In this document: in pieces, positions 9,820 to 19,603 of the stretch | Layout of the letters: every line of letters starts with the position of its first letter | How positions within the stretch are numbered: the stretch's first letter is position 1 | Source: Chitinophagaceae bacterium | GTDB taxonomy: Bacteria; Bacteroidota; Bacteroidia; Chitinophagales; Chitinophagaceae | Reading direction: 5' to 3' | Length of the DNA stretch: 64,000 bases | Assembly (NCBI GenBank): GCA_965246905.1 | Contig: CBDFFZ010000018.1 | Coordinates: 23,936 to 87,935, forward strand | Made by a program: the position numbers and the translations under genes | The notes under the pieces: model-generated | Told to the model about the DNA's origin: nothing | Databases searched by the model: none | What the model saw: only the letters and a program-made list of their open reading frames with translations

Positions 9820-10765
9820 CTGGGTTAAGGATACGCCTGCTTATCCGGATGGGATAATAAACGAAGTAAAATAAAATAAAGGCAAGCGACAGCAGGAGAA
9901 TAGCGCTACTGAGCAGCACCGGCATGGCCGTATGGCGGGTTACGTAGCCTTCGAAAAAAGCCGCAACGAGGAATACAGGGATAAGCGCAACCATGATCTT
10001 TACACCATCTTTTGCGCCTTGCCGTATTGATTGAGCCCTGGTAAATGTTTTGGGGAATAGGATGGAATTGCCCAGCACCATGCCTGCGCAACCTGCAATT
10101 ACGAGCGCAGAAATTTCCAAAGTTCCATGAATAAAAACCACGAGGATGGATTGAAGGCCGAGCCCGTGCTTAAAGAACAAGTGCTCGAAAACACCGAGCA
10201 TCAGCCCGTTAGTGAGCATAAAATAAATGGTGCCTACCGAACAGAGAATGCCGAGCATAAAACAATCGAAGGAAACCCGGATATTATTGAAGGCAATCTG
10301 TACGAACATTGTAAATGACTCCTGCTGCTTGTACACGCCAAACGGATCTCCGGAGGCAATGTTGCGCTCCGTCATATCTACATAACCATCGCCCAGTATC
10401 GCACGAACGAAGGTTTGATCGTACATAGAGGAGAATACGCCGAGCGCTACGAAAATGGCAAAAAACAGGAATGCGAAAAGCAGGGTTTTATGATTACGGC
10501 GGATGATGAGCGGGAGCTCTTGGGTCCAGAAGGTTACGAGGCGGTTATTTTTCTCGCGTCGATTGCTGTAAATGGACAGGTAGATATTGCCGCCGAGGCT
10601 GTTGAGGTATTTTACGGTATTGCCCGCAGGGTAGAAGGTTTTGGCATACGAGAGGTCGTCCACGAGGTTTGTAAAGCCCTTGGCCAGCTCATCCGGGTCG
10701 TCTATCGGGTGCTCGTACTCTGACCAGCGGTCCTTATTTCTCTTGATGAATTGCCCTTCGCGCAT
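9800..10765 (-). CDS. SpoIIM-like (stage II sporulation protein M family) membrane protein
   Basis: Polytopic membrane protein. Start set at the internal ATG (MREGQFIKRNKDRW...), because the 424-aa ORF-track version would overlap the divergent RDD gene. Confidence 0.65.
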   Translation of the reverse strand: MREGQFIKRNKDRWSEYEHPIDDPDELAKGFTNLVDDLSYAKTFYPAGNTVKYLNSLGGNIYLSIYSNRREKNNRLVTFWTQELPLIIRRNHKTLLFAFLFFAIFVALGVFSSMYDQTFVRAILGDGYVDMTERNIASGDPFGVYKQQESFTMFVQIAFNNIRVSFDCFMLGILCSVGTIYFMLTNGLMLGVFEHLFFKHGLGLQSILVVFIHGTLEISALVIAGCAGMVLGNSILFPKTFTRAQSIRQGAKDGVKIMVALIPVFLVAAFFEGYVTRHTAMPVLLSSAILLLSLAFILFYFVYYPIRISRRILNPDDAPAR

Positions 10766-10825
10766 AGGGGTTAATCGGTAATGGGTAAAGATAGTATTTT
10801 TGGCTTTGCAGCAAAGTCCTCCTAC

Positions 10826-11632
10826 ATGTCCGTTGTTACCATTGCAACCCCTTTTAATATTGATATTGAGCTTAATGTAGCACACTTTGGGAAGCGCCTG
10901 CTCGCCTGGATTATCGATACTTCCATCCAGTTCTTTTATTACCTGGCCTATGTATTTGCGGTGCATAATAAGCTGCCCAATAATGATGGCATACGCATGG
11001 TCTGTGGTATTCTGCTTGGTGCGCTTCCTATCATCTTCTACCACTTCCTGATGGAGGTTTTTTTCAACGGGCAATCACTGGGTAAGCGCGTGGTAGGTAT
11101 CCGGGTAGTGAATTTTACCGGCAATGGAGCAAGCATCAGCCAGTTTCTTATCCGACTCTTGTTTCGCTCATTTGGGTTGGTACCGCTGGTAATTGCCGTA
11201 ATGCTGAATATGGTAGGAAATTTTGGTGATTCAGCCACGTGGGTGTGGGCCGTTTTGCTGCTCATGCTGGCGGCAGGAGGGATGTTCCTGTTCTACATTC
11301 TTAGCAAGTATGGTCAGCGCCTGGGCGACAGGCTCGCGAATACTTTAGTGATTGAGAGCCGGGCCAGGGCAGATATTCATAAAACTATTTACCTAAATAT
11401 TGATGATGAACGCTATGTGGCAAAATATCCTGAAGTAATGCGCCTTACCGACCGCGACATCAACGGTATCCGCAATCTGCTCGATGTAAAGCATATCAAC
11501 AGCGAAACCGAAGCTTACCTGTGGCGGATTGCATCGCGTATTGAAGAGGTGCTGGGTATTAAAAGCAGTCAGGAGCCCTATGACTTTTTAGCGCAGCTGT
11601 TGCGGGATTACAATTTCCTGACAAGCAAATAA
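10826..11632 (+). CDS. RDD-family membrane protein
   Basis: N-terminal RDD-type region (GKRLLAWIIDTSIQ...GQSLGKRVVGIRVV). Divergent from the MoxR operon. The ATG at 10826 is preferred over 10781. Confidence 0.7.
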   Translation: MSVVTIATPFNIDIELNVAHFGKRLLAWIIDTSIQFFYYLAYVFAVHNKLPNNDGIRMVCGILLGALPIIFYHFLMEVFFNGQSLGKRVVGIRVVNFTGNGASISQFLIRLLFRSFGLVPLVIAVMLNMVGNFGDSATWVWAVLLLMLAAGGMFLFYILSKYGQRLGDRLANTLVIESRARADIHKTIYLNIDDERYVAKYPEVMRLTDRDINGIRNLLDVKHINSETEAYLWRIASRIEEVLGIKSSQEPYDFLAQLLRDYNFLTSK

Positions 11633-11641
11633 ATTTAAGCA

Positions 11642-12082
11642 TTACCTTCTGCCGGCAATGGCGAAGGAGGAGGGTTGGAGGCAGCATTGCCAGTAGCCAA
11701 TGATTTGGGTAAGCTGGTGTTTCAGCTCATTATAGGTATTTTTCTTCTCGAAGAAGCCCTGCACCTGTAGCTTGTAGGCAATGCTTACTGTAACCGGCTC
11801 AGCGGTAGTAGTAAGGATAATGAAAGGAATGTTTTTACGGCGGAGCGTCTCATGGTCAAAGACTTTTCTGCGAAACTCGATGCCATTCATCTTAGGCATA
11901 TTGATATCGGAGATGATGAGGGCAGGCAGCTCGGCTCCGGATGTTAGGTATTCCATAGCATCGGCGCCATTGCCGAAAGAAAGAAGCTGGTTTTCAATGC
12001 CAAAATTGCCCAGAATTTCCTGGAGCAGCGACATGTCGTCCGTATCATCCTCTACAATCATTATCGGTCCCTGTAACGCCAT
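11642..12082 (-). CDS. single-domain response regulator (CheY-like receiver)
   Basis: IMIVEDDTDD acidic pocket, phospho-acceptor context LIISDINMPKMNG, and no output domain. Confidence 0.8.
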   Translation of the reverse strand: MALQGPIMIVEDDTDDMSLLQEILGNFGIENQLLSFGNGADAMEYLTSGAELPALIISDINMPKMNGIEFRRKVFDHETLRRKNIPFIILTTTAEPVTVSIAYKLQVQGFFEKKNTYNELKHQLTQIIGYWQCCLQPSSFAIAGRR

Positions 12083-12439
12083 ACGCTATGTTCGAAAATC
12101 GAAATTACTTTAAATTGATCTTGATTGACGTATGAGGGCTTATAACAACATACGGGTAACATTTGGGTGGGTTACATTGGCTTTGTTTTTGAGGTAGTTT
12201 TTTCGGCAAATGCGCCTGCCTTTGGCGCGCCATCGCAACAGCGTGCTCTTCAGCTCTTCGGCTACTTCCGCAGACAGGATATTTCGAAGCAGATTGTCAC
12301 TCTGCTCTCTTTTCCGATAACAACGTATTGGAATGCTGCTGTTTTCGGAAGCTCCTGAGCAGGATGCCGGCAATGCTGAGCAGGAAGGCAACAACCATGG
12401 AATTCACACTTCTCCCCGCTGATTTTAGTTTTGCATAGC

Positions 12440-12536
12440 AGAATTTAGTTTAAGGATAAAATCAAGGACGCCGTCCGGCCCGGGAGGGCAAAGTGTCCGG
12501 TTGCGCTACAAACCCGCCCATTTTTTATCAACGGTG
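12440..12536 (+). ncRNA. candidate small RNA (unclassified)
   Basis: A TAGTTTTG (-7 type box, 12426-12433) is followed by a GC-rich island. The island contains GGGAGGG...CCCGCCC pairing and a T6 run (CCCGCCCATTTTTT). It sits inside a ~790-bp AT-rich intergenic region. The transcript ends are guesses. Confidence 0.2.
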
Positions 12537-12820
12537 GCTACCAATTGATTTGAAATCTGAATGATGCAGAACCAGAAAAGGCAATTGAAGTAAAACTTAC
12601 GTAAAGCGCATTTTCAACAGTAGTAGATTCCAGAGTGTGCCAATATTTTTAAACTACTTAGAATAACGAAGTATAGCTACTAAAAATGCCAATCGCTTGG
12701 TGCATTAATATTTTTTCAAATCAATAAACTTGTTCTTAGAATAGAATAGCTACTGCAAATCAACGCATTCCATCTAAAAAAAAGTGAAAAAAATTATGAA
12801 TCACAATCATCAAAACCACA

Positions 12821-12828
12821 TATTTTTG
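12821..12828 (+). promoter_or_regulatory. candidate Bacteroidota -7 promoter box (TAnnTTTG) upstream of recA
   Basis: TATTTTTG lies 44 nt upstream of the recA ATG. No convincing -33 element seen. Confidence 0.3.
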
Positions 12829-12871
12829 GTACATTTGATCAACGAAAAATTAAACAATCAATCTACATAAA

Positions 12872-13900
12872 ATGGCAGCAGCATCAGCGGCAAACGCAGC
12901 AGAAGACAAACTCAAAGCATTAAAAATGGCGATCGAAAAGATCGACAAAGATTATGGTAAAGGCTCGGTGATGATGCTGGGTGATAAGCAGACGAATAAT
13001 ATTGAATCGATTTCTACGGGATCCCTGGGCTTAGACGTAGCATTGGGCATTGGTGGCTTTCCACGCGGCCGGGTTGTCGAAATTTATGGCCCTGAGTCTT
13101 CTGGTAAAACGACTATCGCCATTCATACCATTGCGGAAGCGCAGAAAAAAGGGGGCATTTGTGCTATCATCGATGCGGAACATGCATTTGATGCCGGTTA
13201 TGCACGTAAACTTGGGGTCGATGTAGATAACCTGCTTATATCCCAGCCGGACTATGGTGAGCAAGCGCTTGAAATTGCCGATCGCCTTATCTCTTCCGGG
13301 GCAGTCGATGTTGTAGTTATTGACTCGGTAGCCGCGCTGGTACCCAAAAGTGAACTGGAAGGTGAAATGGGCGATAGTAAAATGGGCCTTCACGCCCGCC
13401 TTATGAGCCAGGCTTTACGTAAGCTTACCGCAACAATCAACCGTACCGGCACGATCTGCATTTTTATCAATCAGCTTCGTGAAAAGATCGGTGTTATGTT
13501 TGGCAATCCTGAAACAACAACCGGTGGTAATGCCCTCAAGTTTTATGCTTCCGTACGCCTCGATATCCGCAGGATCGCACAGATCAAGGATGGTGATACG
13601 GCAACCGGCAACCGTACGCGTGTAAAAGTTGTAAAAAATAAAGTGGCGCCCCCATTCCGCCAGGTAGAATTTGATATTGTTTTTGGTGAAGGTATCTCTA
13701 AGATGGGTGAGATCATCGACATGGGTGTTGATCTTGCCATCATCAACAAAAGCGGCTCATGGTTCAGCTATGGTGATAATAAGATCGGCCAGGGCCGCGA
13801 TGCCGTTAAAACTTTTCTTACGGATAATCCTGAGCTTAGCGATGAAATTGAAGCCCGTATTCGGGAGCAGCTTAGTGTAAAGCCAGAAGTAGAAGCATGA
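12872..13900 (+). CDS. recA: recombinase RecA
   Basis: Walker [10 protein letters not shown], and a near-canonical RecA sequence throughout ([14 protein letters not shown]). Confidence 0.97.
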   Translation: MAAASAANAAEDKLKALKMAIEKIDKDYGKGSVMMLGDKQTNNIESISTGSLGLDVALGIGGFPRGRVVEIYGPESSGKTTIAIHTIAEAQKKGGICAIIDAEHAFDAGYARKLGVDVDNLLISQPDYGEQALEIADRLISSGAVDVVVIDSVAALVPKSELEGEMGDSKMGLHARLMSQALRKLTATINRTGTICIFINQLREKIGVMFGNPETTTGGNALKFYASVRLDIRRIAQIKDGDTATGNRTRVKVVKNKVAPPFRQVEFDIVFGEGISKMGEIIDMGVDLAIINKSGSWFSYGDNKIGQGRDAVKTFLTDNPELSDEIEARIREQLSVKPEVEA

Positions 13901-13925
13901 TCATCAGATAATTTATAGTAGAAAA

Positions 13926-13950
13926 GGCCGGCAATGTAGCCGGTCTTTTT
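13926..13950 (+). terminator. rho-independent terminator after recA
   Basis: GGCCGGC-AATGTA-GCCGGTC hairpin followed by TTTTT. Confidence 0.6.
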
Positions 13951-14069
13951 ATGATTTGAATCGGGTGATTATACCCGCAAACTCCTGTCCTTATTTAATA
14001 CCTTGTTTTACCTGCTGCTGCAAAGCAAACGGCTGTGCCTATATTTGCAACTTAATTTTAACACACTCG

Positions 14070-15461
14070 ATGGCACTTATAAAATCAATTTCCGGTATCC
14101 GGGGCACTATAGGCGGCACGCCAGGCAATGGGCTCACACCGATAGATATCGTAAAGTTTACTACCTCTTATGGGGCGTGGATTTCTGGTCGTGGTAAAGG
14201 AAATAAAATCGTTGTGGGTCGTGATGGGCGCATCTCAGGCGAGATTGTCCGCAACCTCGTGGTCGCAACACTTCAAAGCTTAGGCTTCGATGTAATTGAC
14301 CTGGGGCTGAGCACTACGCCAACTGTAGAGATTGCAGTACCCGCAGAGAAGGCGGCAGGCGGCATTATACTTACCGCAAGCCACAACCCAAAGGAATGGA
14401 ACGCGCTCAAGCTGCTCAACGAAGATGGTGAGTTTATCAGCGGCGATGATGGAGCCTGGATCCTGGAGCATGCTGAAAATGGAACAGCTAATTATGCAGA
14501 TGTAAACAAGCTAGGCAGCCTTAGCTATAATAAAGCCTGGATGCAGCGCCATATCGATGCATTGCGTTCGCATCCGCTGGTAGATGTTGCTGCTATCCGC
14601 GCAAAGAATTTTAAAATTGTGGTGGATCCGATCAATTCTACCGGTGCCATTTTTGTACCTGCGCTCCTCGAGGCGCTTGGCGTTGCTGAAGTAATTCTTA
14701 TTAATGAAGAAGTATCCGGGAAGTTTGCCCACAATCCAGAGCCATTGCCTGAAAATCTCCGCGAGCTCTGTGCGGTAGTGGAAAAAAGAGGCGCGCACCT
14801 CGGCATTGCCGTTGACCCTGATGTGGACCGGCTCTGCTTTGTTTGTGAAGATGGCAGTTTGTTTGGCGAGGAATATACGCTTGTTGCCGTTGCAGATTAC
14901 ATGCTTGGCCATAAGAAAGGCAATACCGTTTCCAATATGTCGTCCACACGTGCGCTGCGCGACGTAACTGAGAAACACGGCGGTACCTATTATCCAAGTG
15001 CAGTGGGAGAGGTGAATGTGGTAAACCGGATGAAGGAAGTAAGTGCAGTAATAGGAGGAGAAGGCAATGGCGGGGTCATTATACCAGAGCTTCATTATGG
15101 CCGGGATGCGCTCGCAGGCATTGCCCTGTTTCTTACGCATCTGGCAAAGTTCGGCAAGAGCATCAAAGCGCTCCGCAATACTTATCCGGATTATTTCATC
15201 TCAAAAAACAAGATAGATCTTAACGAAGGGATGGATGTACAGCGCATACTTGCATCTGTAAAGCAGAAATACAGCCGGCAGCCGATCAATACAGAAGATG
15301 GCCTGAAGATTGAATTTGACAAAGATTGGGTGCATCTGCGCACTTCCAATACAGAGCCTATCATCCGTATTTATGCAGAAAGCAGCAGCGAGACAATGGC
15401 ATCCAACATAGCGAAGCGGATTATGGAGGATATTAAGGAGCTTATGCTCGAGCGGGTTTAA
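14070..15461 (+). CDS. glmM: phosphoglucosamine mutase
   Basis: MALIKSISGIRGTIGG N-terminus and phosphoserine loop TASHNP. Start moved to the internal ATG. The upstream 38 codons are Cys-rich junk overlapping the recA terminator region. Confidence 0.88.
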   Translation: MALIKSISGIRGTIGGTPGNGLTPIDIVKFTTSYGAWISGRGKGNKIVVGRDGRISGEIVRNLVVATLQSLGFDVIDLGLSTTPTVEIAVPAEKAAGGIILTASHNPKEWNALKLLNEDGEFISGDDGAWILEHAENGTANYADVNKLGSLSYNKAWMQRHIDALRSHPLVDVAAIRAKNFKIVVDPINSTGAIFVPALLEALGVAEVILINEEVSGKFAHNPEPLPENLRELCAVVEKRGAHLGIAVDPDVDRLCFVCEDGSLFGEEYTLVAVADYMLGHKKGNTVSNMSSTRALRDVTEKHGGTYYPSAVGEVNVVNRMKEVSAVIGGEGNGGVIIPELHYGRDALAGIALFLTHLAKFGKSIKALRNTYPDYFISKNKIDLNEGMDVQRILASVKQKYSRQPINTEDGLKIEFDKDWVHLRTSNTEPIIRIYAESSSETMASNIAKRIMEDIKELMLERV

Positions 15462-15487
15462 ATTTTCACGAAAATATCTTTGGAAAA

Positions 15488-15515
15488 GTGCAGCTTTACG
15501 GTTGCGCTTTTTTTT
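15488..15515 (+). terminator. probable terminator after glmM
   Basis: Short GC/GU stem (GTGCAGC...GTTGCGC) followed by T8. Confidence 0.5.
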
Positions 15516-15554
15516 AGTGAAAGGACACTTACTTTAAACAGGCATCTCTCCCCT

Positions 15555-17066
15555 TTGGCAAACAAGCATAAATACGATGTAGTTGTAGTAGGCAGCGGGC
15601 TTGGCGGCCTGCTTACAGCCGTGCTTTTGGCCAAGGAAGGCATGAAAGTTTGCGTGTTAGAGAAAAATAAGCAAGCCGGTGGCTGCCTGCAAACCTTTGC
15701 CCTGCATAAAAAGGTTTTTGACAGCTGCATTCATTACATCGGCGGTTTGGGAGAAGGGCATACGCTGAACCGTATCTTTCGCTATGCGGGCATTTTGGAT
15801 AAGCTTGAGCTAAAGCCTTTTGACTCCTTTGGCTTCGACCGTGTTGCATTTGGCAATGAGCCGGAAGAATATCCACATGCAATTGGACGGGAGCATTTCA
15901 TCAATCAGCTTCTACCATATTTTCCGAAGGAAAAAAAAGCGTTGGAAAAATATCTTGCGCTTATGGCGGATGTTACGCAGCATTTTCCAATGTACCAGCT
16001 AAAGAATGGCGAAGCGGACGAAAAAACGGCTGTTCTTGGCTTGGAATTGTCCGCCGTGCTTGCAGAAATTACTGATAATATTTTGCTGCGGGAAGTGCTT
16101 ACCGGCAACAACCTCCTTTATGCCGGAGAACGCGGTAAAACACCTTTTTATATTCATGCGCTGGTTATGGAGAGCTACCTGCACAGCGCACATAAAGTAC
16201 TGCCCGGCAGCTCGCAGATCACAAAGTTTTTGATAGCGGAGCTAAGGCAGCATGGCGGTGAGGTATTGCGCAGGATGCCTGTTGTGAAATTTGAAGATCT
16301 GGATGGAAGAATATCCTGTGCGGTAACAGAAGATGGAAGCCGGTTTTATGGAGCGCATTTTATCGCGGCTATTCATCCTGCATTGCTGTCTCGTTTGCTG
16401 GACCATAAATTGCTGCGCCCGGCATTTCATAGAAGAGTGGACAGTCTGGAGCAAACGACACCCTCCTTTATGGTGAATATGGTACTGCGGCCGCGCGCCA
16501 TTCCATTTAAGCAGCACAATGTTTACTGGCATGCTACCCATGATTCGTTTGCCGCAATCAATGCGGAAGAGTGGCCTGCCACCTACGCGCTTTATTACAG
16601 TGAAGATAAAGCCAATCCGGGCTTTGCAGACCGGCTTTCTATTCTTACCTATATGCCATTTGCCCTGGCAAATAAATGGAAAGACAGCTATAATCAGACT
16701 GCATCTCCTGCTTCCCGCGGGGCAGATTATAATACATTTAAAGAAAAGTACGCTGCCCTGCTCATCGGTAAAGTAATAGAACGGCTCCCAGGCCTGGCTC
16801 TTGCTGTTTTAGCAAAAAGTGTAGCCACGCCGCTTACTTTTCGGGATTATACCGGTAGTCCTGATGGTGCGCTATATGGCATTCTGAAAGATGTAAATGC
16901 AGGAGAAAGAACAACGATCAATACCCGTACCAAGATACCCAATTTATTCCTTACTGGCCAGAACGTAAACCTGCACGGAGTGCTTGGCGTAAGCGTTACA
17001 GCGGTAATAACTGCCGGAGAATTATTGGGATTGGATTATCTTTTAGAAAAGATCAATGCTTCCTAA
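15555..17066 (+). CDS. NAD(P)/FAD-dependent oxidoreductase, phytoene-desaturase (CrtI-like) family
   Basis: Dinucleotide-binding motif DVVVVGSGLGG near the N-terminus. Start uncertain: the TTG at 15555 is chosen because the ORF-track start lies upstream of the T8 terminator. Confidence 0.7.
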   Translation: MANKHKYDVVVVGSGLGGLLTAVLLAKEGMKVCVLEKNKQAGGCLQTFALHKKVFDSCIHYIGGLGEGHTLNRIFRYAGILDKLELKPFDSFGFDRVAFGNEPEEYPHAIGREHFINQLLPYFPKEKKALEKYLALMADVTQHFPMYQLKNGEADEKTAVLGLELSAVLAEITDNILLREVLTGNNLLYAGERGKTPFYIHALVMESYLHSAHKVLPGSSQITKFLIAELRQHGGEVLRRMPVVKFEDLDGRISCAVTEDGSRFYGAHFIAAIHPALLSRLLDHKLLRPAFHRRVDSLEQTTPSFMVNMVLRPRAIPFKQHNVYWHATHDSFAAINAEEWPATYALYYSEDKANPGFADRLSILTYMPFALANKWKDSYNQTASPASRGADYNTFKEKYAALLIGKVIERLPGLALAVLAKSVATPLTFRDYTGSPDGALYGILKDVNAGERTTINTRTKIPNLFLTGQNVNLHGVLGVSVTAVITAGELLGLDYLLEKINAS

Positions 17067-17106
17067 AGAAAAACATTATTTAGGAAGGAAAGGCGGTACA
17101 TATGCA

Positions 17107-18345
17107 CTATTGATAAGCAAGATCCTCATTTTCCTGAACTACAATACGCTTCCCATTTACAATAAGCGTAGTATGATTGTGGTGAATGACGTTTTTGGGA
17201 TGCTTTGTTTTCTTAGGATGTAATTTCGCCACTTCGGTCACTTTTGATTCCACAACGCTCTGTTGAATACGCTGCTTAACAATATTACGCCGGAACGCAA
17301 AAAGCACTGCAAGCATCGTAAAGCCGGTAGCCAGCAGGCCGGCAATCCCCCAGTTCATACCATAGGGTTGCAACAGAACGGATACCAGAATTATACAGAT
17401 ATTCGCGCCGAGAATCGTAGCGACCGTTTGTGAATGGGTAAGCCCGAGGTCCAGGAGGTAGTGATGCAGATGCGTACGATCGGCACTGAAAGGTGAGCGC
17501 CCTTTAATGATACGCATCGTGAAGACCCTGAATGTATCAAAAACAGGAATGAAAAGAATAGCAAGCGCAGTAGTTAGGCATCCGGAAGATGTATAGATAA
17601 AGCCCATTACGGGCGTACCGGGGTGGAACGAATTGATAAACATAATCCCTATCGCGGCAATAGCAAAACCAATGATAAGAGAGCCGGTATCGCCCATAAA
17701 TATTTTTGCCGGAGAGAGGTTAGATTTAAGGAAGCCCACGATAGCTCCAGTCAGGCTGAATGCAATAATCGCGCTGCTTGTTTCCCCTTCATATGCCAGC
17801 ATCACACCAAATATAGTTGCTATAAGTGCGCCTATGCTGCCTGCCAGCCCATCTATGCCATCTATAAGGTTAAAAGCATTGGTTACGAATACGCAGCCTA
17901 CAATAGAGAAAGCCATACTAATCCAAACAGGCATCTCCCCAACTCCTAAAAGTCCATCCAGGGATTTAATCCTGATATCTGCGAGGCAAACAATAATAAT
18001 AGCAGCTGCAAGTTGAGCAAGAAATTTTTTGCTTGGGCTTATCTGAACCAGGTCATCTTTTACACCAGTAATAAATAGAATTAAGACGGCAGCTGTTATA
18101 TAATTCCATTTACCAAACGAGGCGGGATTTATAAACAGTGAAGTAGCAATAATAAAAGCAAAGAAAATGCCTACGCCGCCAAGATTCGGCACAATACGTT
18201 TATGAAGTTTTCGTTCATTATCCGGAAGATCAAGCAGGCGTTTCCGCTTAGCTACATAAATGATATTGGGAATAGAGAATAAGCTAATGGCAAGAGCTGC
18301 CAAAAAACATAGACAATAATTAAGATATGGCTGAAGTGAATGCAT
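17107..18345 (-). CDS. undecaprenyl-phosphate sugar-1-phosphate transferase (MraY/WecA family)
   Basis: Polytopic protein with the NAFNLIDGIDGLAG motif typical of WecA/MraY. ATG start at 18345 preferred. Confidence 0.8.
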   Translation of the reverse strand: MHSLQPYLNYCLCFLAALAISLFSIPNIIYVAKRKRLLDLPDNERKLHKRIVPNLGGVGIFFAFIIATSLFINPASFGKWNYITAAVLILFITGVKDDLVQISPSKKFLAQLAAAIIIVCLADIRIKSLDGLLGVGEMPVWISMAFSIVGCVFVTNAFNLIDGIDGLAGSIGALIATIFGVMLAYEGETSSAIIAFSLTGAIVGFLKSNLSPAKIFMGDTGSLIIGFAIAAIGIMFINSFHPGTPVMGFIYTSSGCLTTALAILFIPVFDTFRVFTMRIIKGRSPFSADRTHLHHYLLDLGLTHSQTVATILGANICIILVSVLLQPYGMNWGIAGLLATGFTMLAVLFAFRRNIVKQRIQQSVVESKVTEVAKLHPKKTKHPKNVIHHNHTTLIVNGKRIVVQENEDLAYQ

Positions 18346-18469
18346 AAGCAAAAGACCTTCCTGCTGCGAAAATACACAAAGGTTAATAAATACCAAATAA
18401 AATCTGAGAAATACTAAATTTCATATTATTAGCATTAAATTCAAAATAGATAATGAAATGATTACAGGC

Positions 18470-19603
18470 TTAAATTTCTTTATAATTATAATATTTTTTT
18501 ACCGATTTCAATAAAGGTAAATTTTTAAGTATAGCTACAATTCTTTCAGCCGTCTTACCATCCCAAAGAGGTGGCACATCGCCCTTCTGCCATTTGCCAC
18601 TAAATAAAAGATCGAAGGCAGGAGCAATAGCTTCTGGTTTAGTGCCTAAAAGCTTATTCGAGCCAATTGTACACGTTTCAGGCCGTTCCGTAGTATCGCG
18701 GATCGTCATGCAAGGCACATGCATCACCGTTGCCTCTTCTGTTATTCCTCCAGAGTCCGTAACTACAGCAAGCGCATGCTTCACGAGATAGTTAAATTGA
18801 AGATAGGGCAGGGGATCTGTTACAAAAAAATTAGGAGCAGCAACATTGAGTTTATTAAAAACTGCCGCTGTTCTCGGATGCATTGGAAAAATGATGGTCT
18901 TACCTCGTGAGGCATCTATGATTGCAGCAACCAGTGCGCTGAGCTTTTCCGGCGAATCGACAGTTGATGGCCGGTGCAGCGTAAGCACAATATAATCTCC
19001 GGCAGTAAGGCTGAGCTCATTCCATATATCCGGCTTGCAAAAGCGGCTTTGGTGCCGGAGCAGCGTATCGATCATTGTATTACCTACAAAAAAGATAAAC
19101 TGTTCGGGTATGCCGGCAGCACGAAGATTTTCGTTTGCAGTATGTGAAGTAGTAAAAAAATAATCAGTCACAGAATCCGTAACTATCCTGTTGATCTCCT
19201 CGGGCATTGTCCAGTCGCCGCTACGTATGCCGGCTTCCACGTGGGCTACCGGAATGTCCATCATTTTTTTGGCGGTAACGGCACAGGCAAGTGTAGAGGT
19301 TACATCGCCCACAACAAGTACGAGATCAGGCCTCCGAGCGGATAAAACACGCTCATACCGAACCATAATCTCAGCAGTCATTTCAGCCTGCGAGCTGCTG
19401 CCTACCTCAAGCTTTATATGCGGTTCCGGAATGCCTAACTGATCGAAGAATGCGGCACTCATACGCCTATCGCTGTGCTGCCCGGTATGTACGAGCCTGT
19501 ATTGAATATCTGTACCCGCGCGCTGCTCCTGGTGTATCGCCTCGATGATCGGGGCAATCTTCATAAAATTGGGCCTTGCGCCGGCAATGAGGTCAATAAG
19601 CAT
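18470..19603 (-). CDS. wecB: UDP-N-acetylglucosamine 2-epimerase (non-hydrolysing)
   Basis: 377 aa. GARPNFMKIAPI N-terminus, HTGQH, and VGDVTSTLA motifs. Confidence 0.9.
   Translation of the reverse strand: MLIDLIAGARPNFMKIAPIIEAIHQEQRAGTDIQYRLVHTGQHSDRRMSAAFFDQLGIPEPHIKLEVGSSSQAEMTAEIMVRYERVLSARRPDLVLVVGDVTSTLACAVTAKKMMDIPVAHVEAGIRSGDWTMPEEINRIVTDSVTDYFFTTSHTANENLRAAGIPEQFIFFVGNTMIDTLLRHQSRFCKPDIWNELSLTAGDYIVLTLHRPSTVDSPEKLSALVAAIIDASRGKTIIFPMHPRTAAVFNKLNVAAPNFFVTDPLPYLQFNYLVKHALAVVTDSGGITEEATVMHVPCMTIRDTTERPETCTIGSNKLLGTKPEAIAPAFDLLFSGKWQKGDVPPLWDGKTAERIVAILKNLPLLKSVKKYYNYKEI

Noticed and set aside
9800-11074. The 424-aa version of the SpoIIM-like ORF, extending 309 nt upstream.
   Set aside because: The extension overlaps the divergent RDD gene and has no membrane or conserved features. 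The internal ATG (MREGQFIKRNKDRW) gives a normal-sized protein.
12140-12394. 84-aa minus-strand ORF, and the overlapping 63-aa plus-strand ORF, in the recA upstream gap.
   Set aside because: No recognisable family. Both are mutually overlapping ORFs in an AT-rich intergenic region, with odd composition and no supporting signals.
13956-14069. N-terminal 38-codon Cys-rich extension of glmM.
   Set aside because: It starts right after the recA terminator and looks non-protein-like. The conserved GlmM N-terminus begins at the ATG at 14070.
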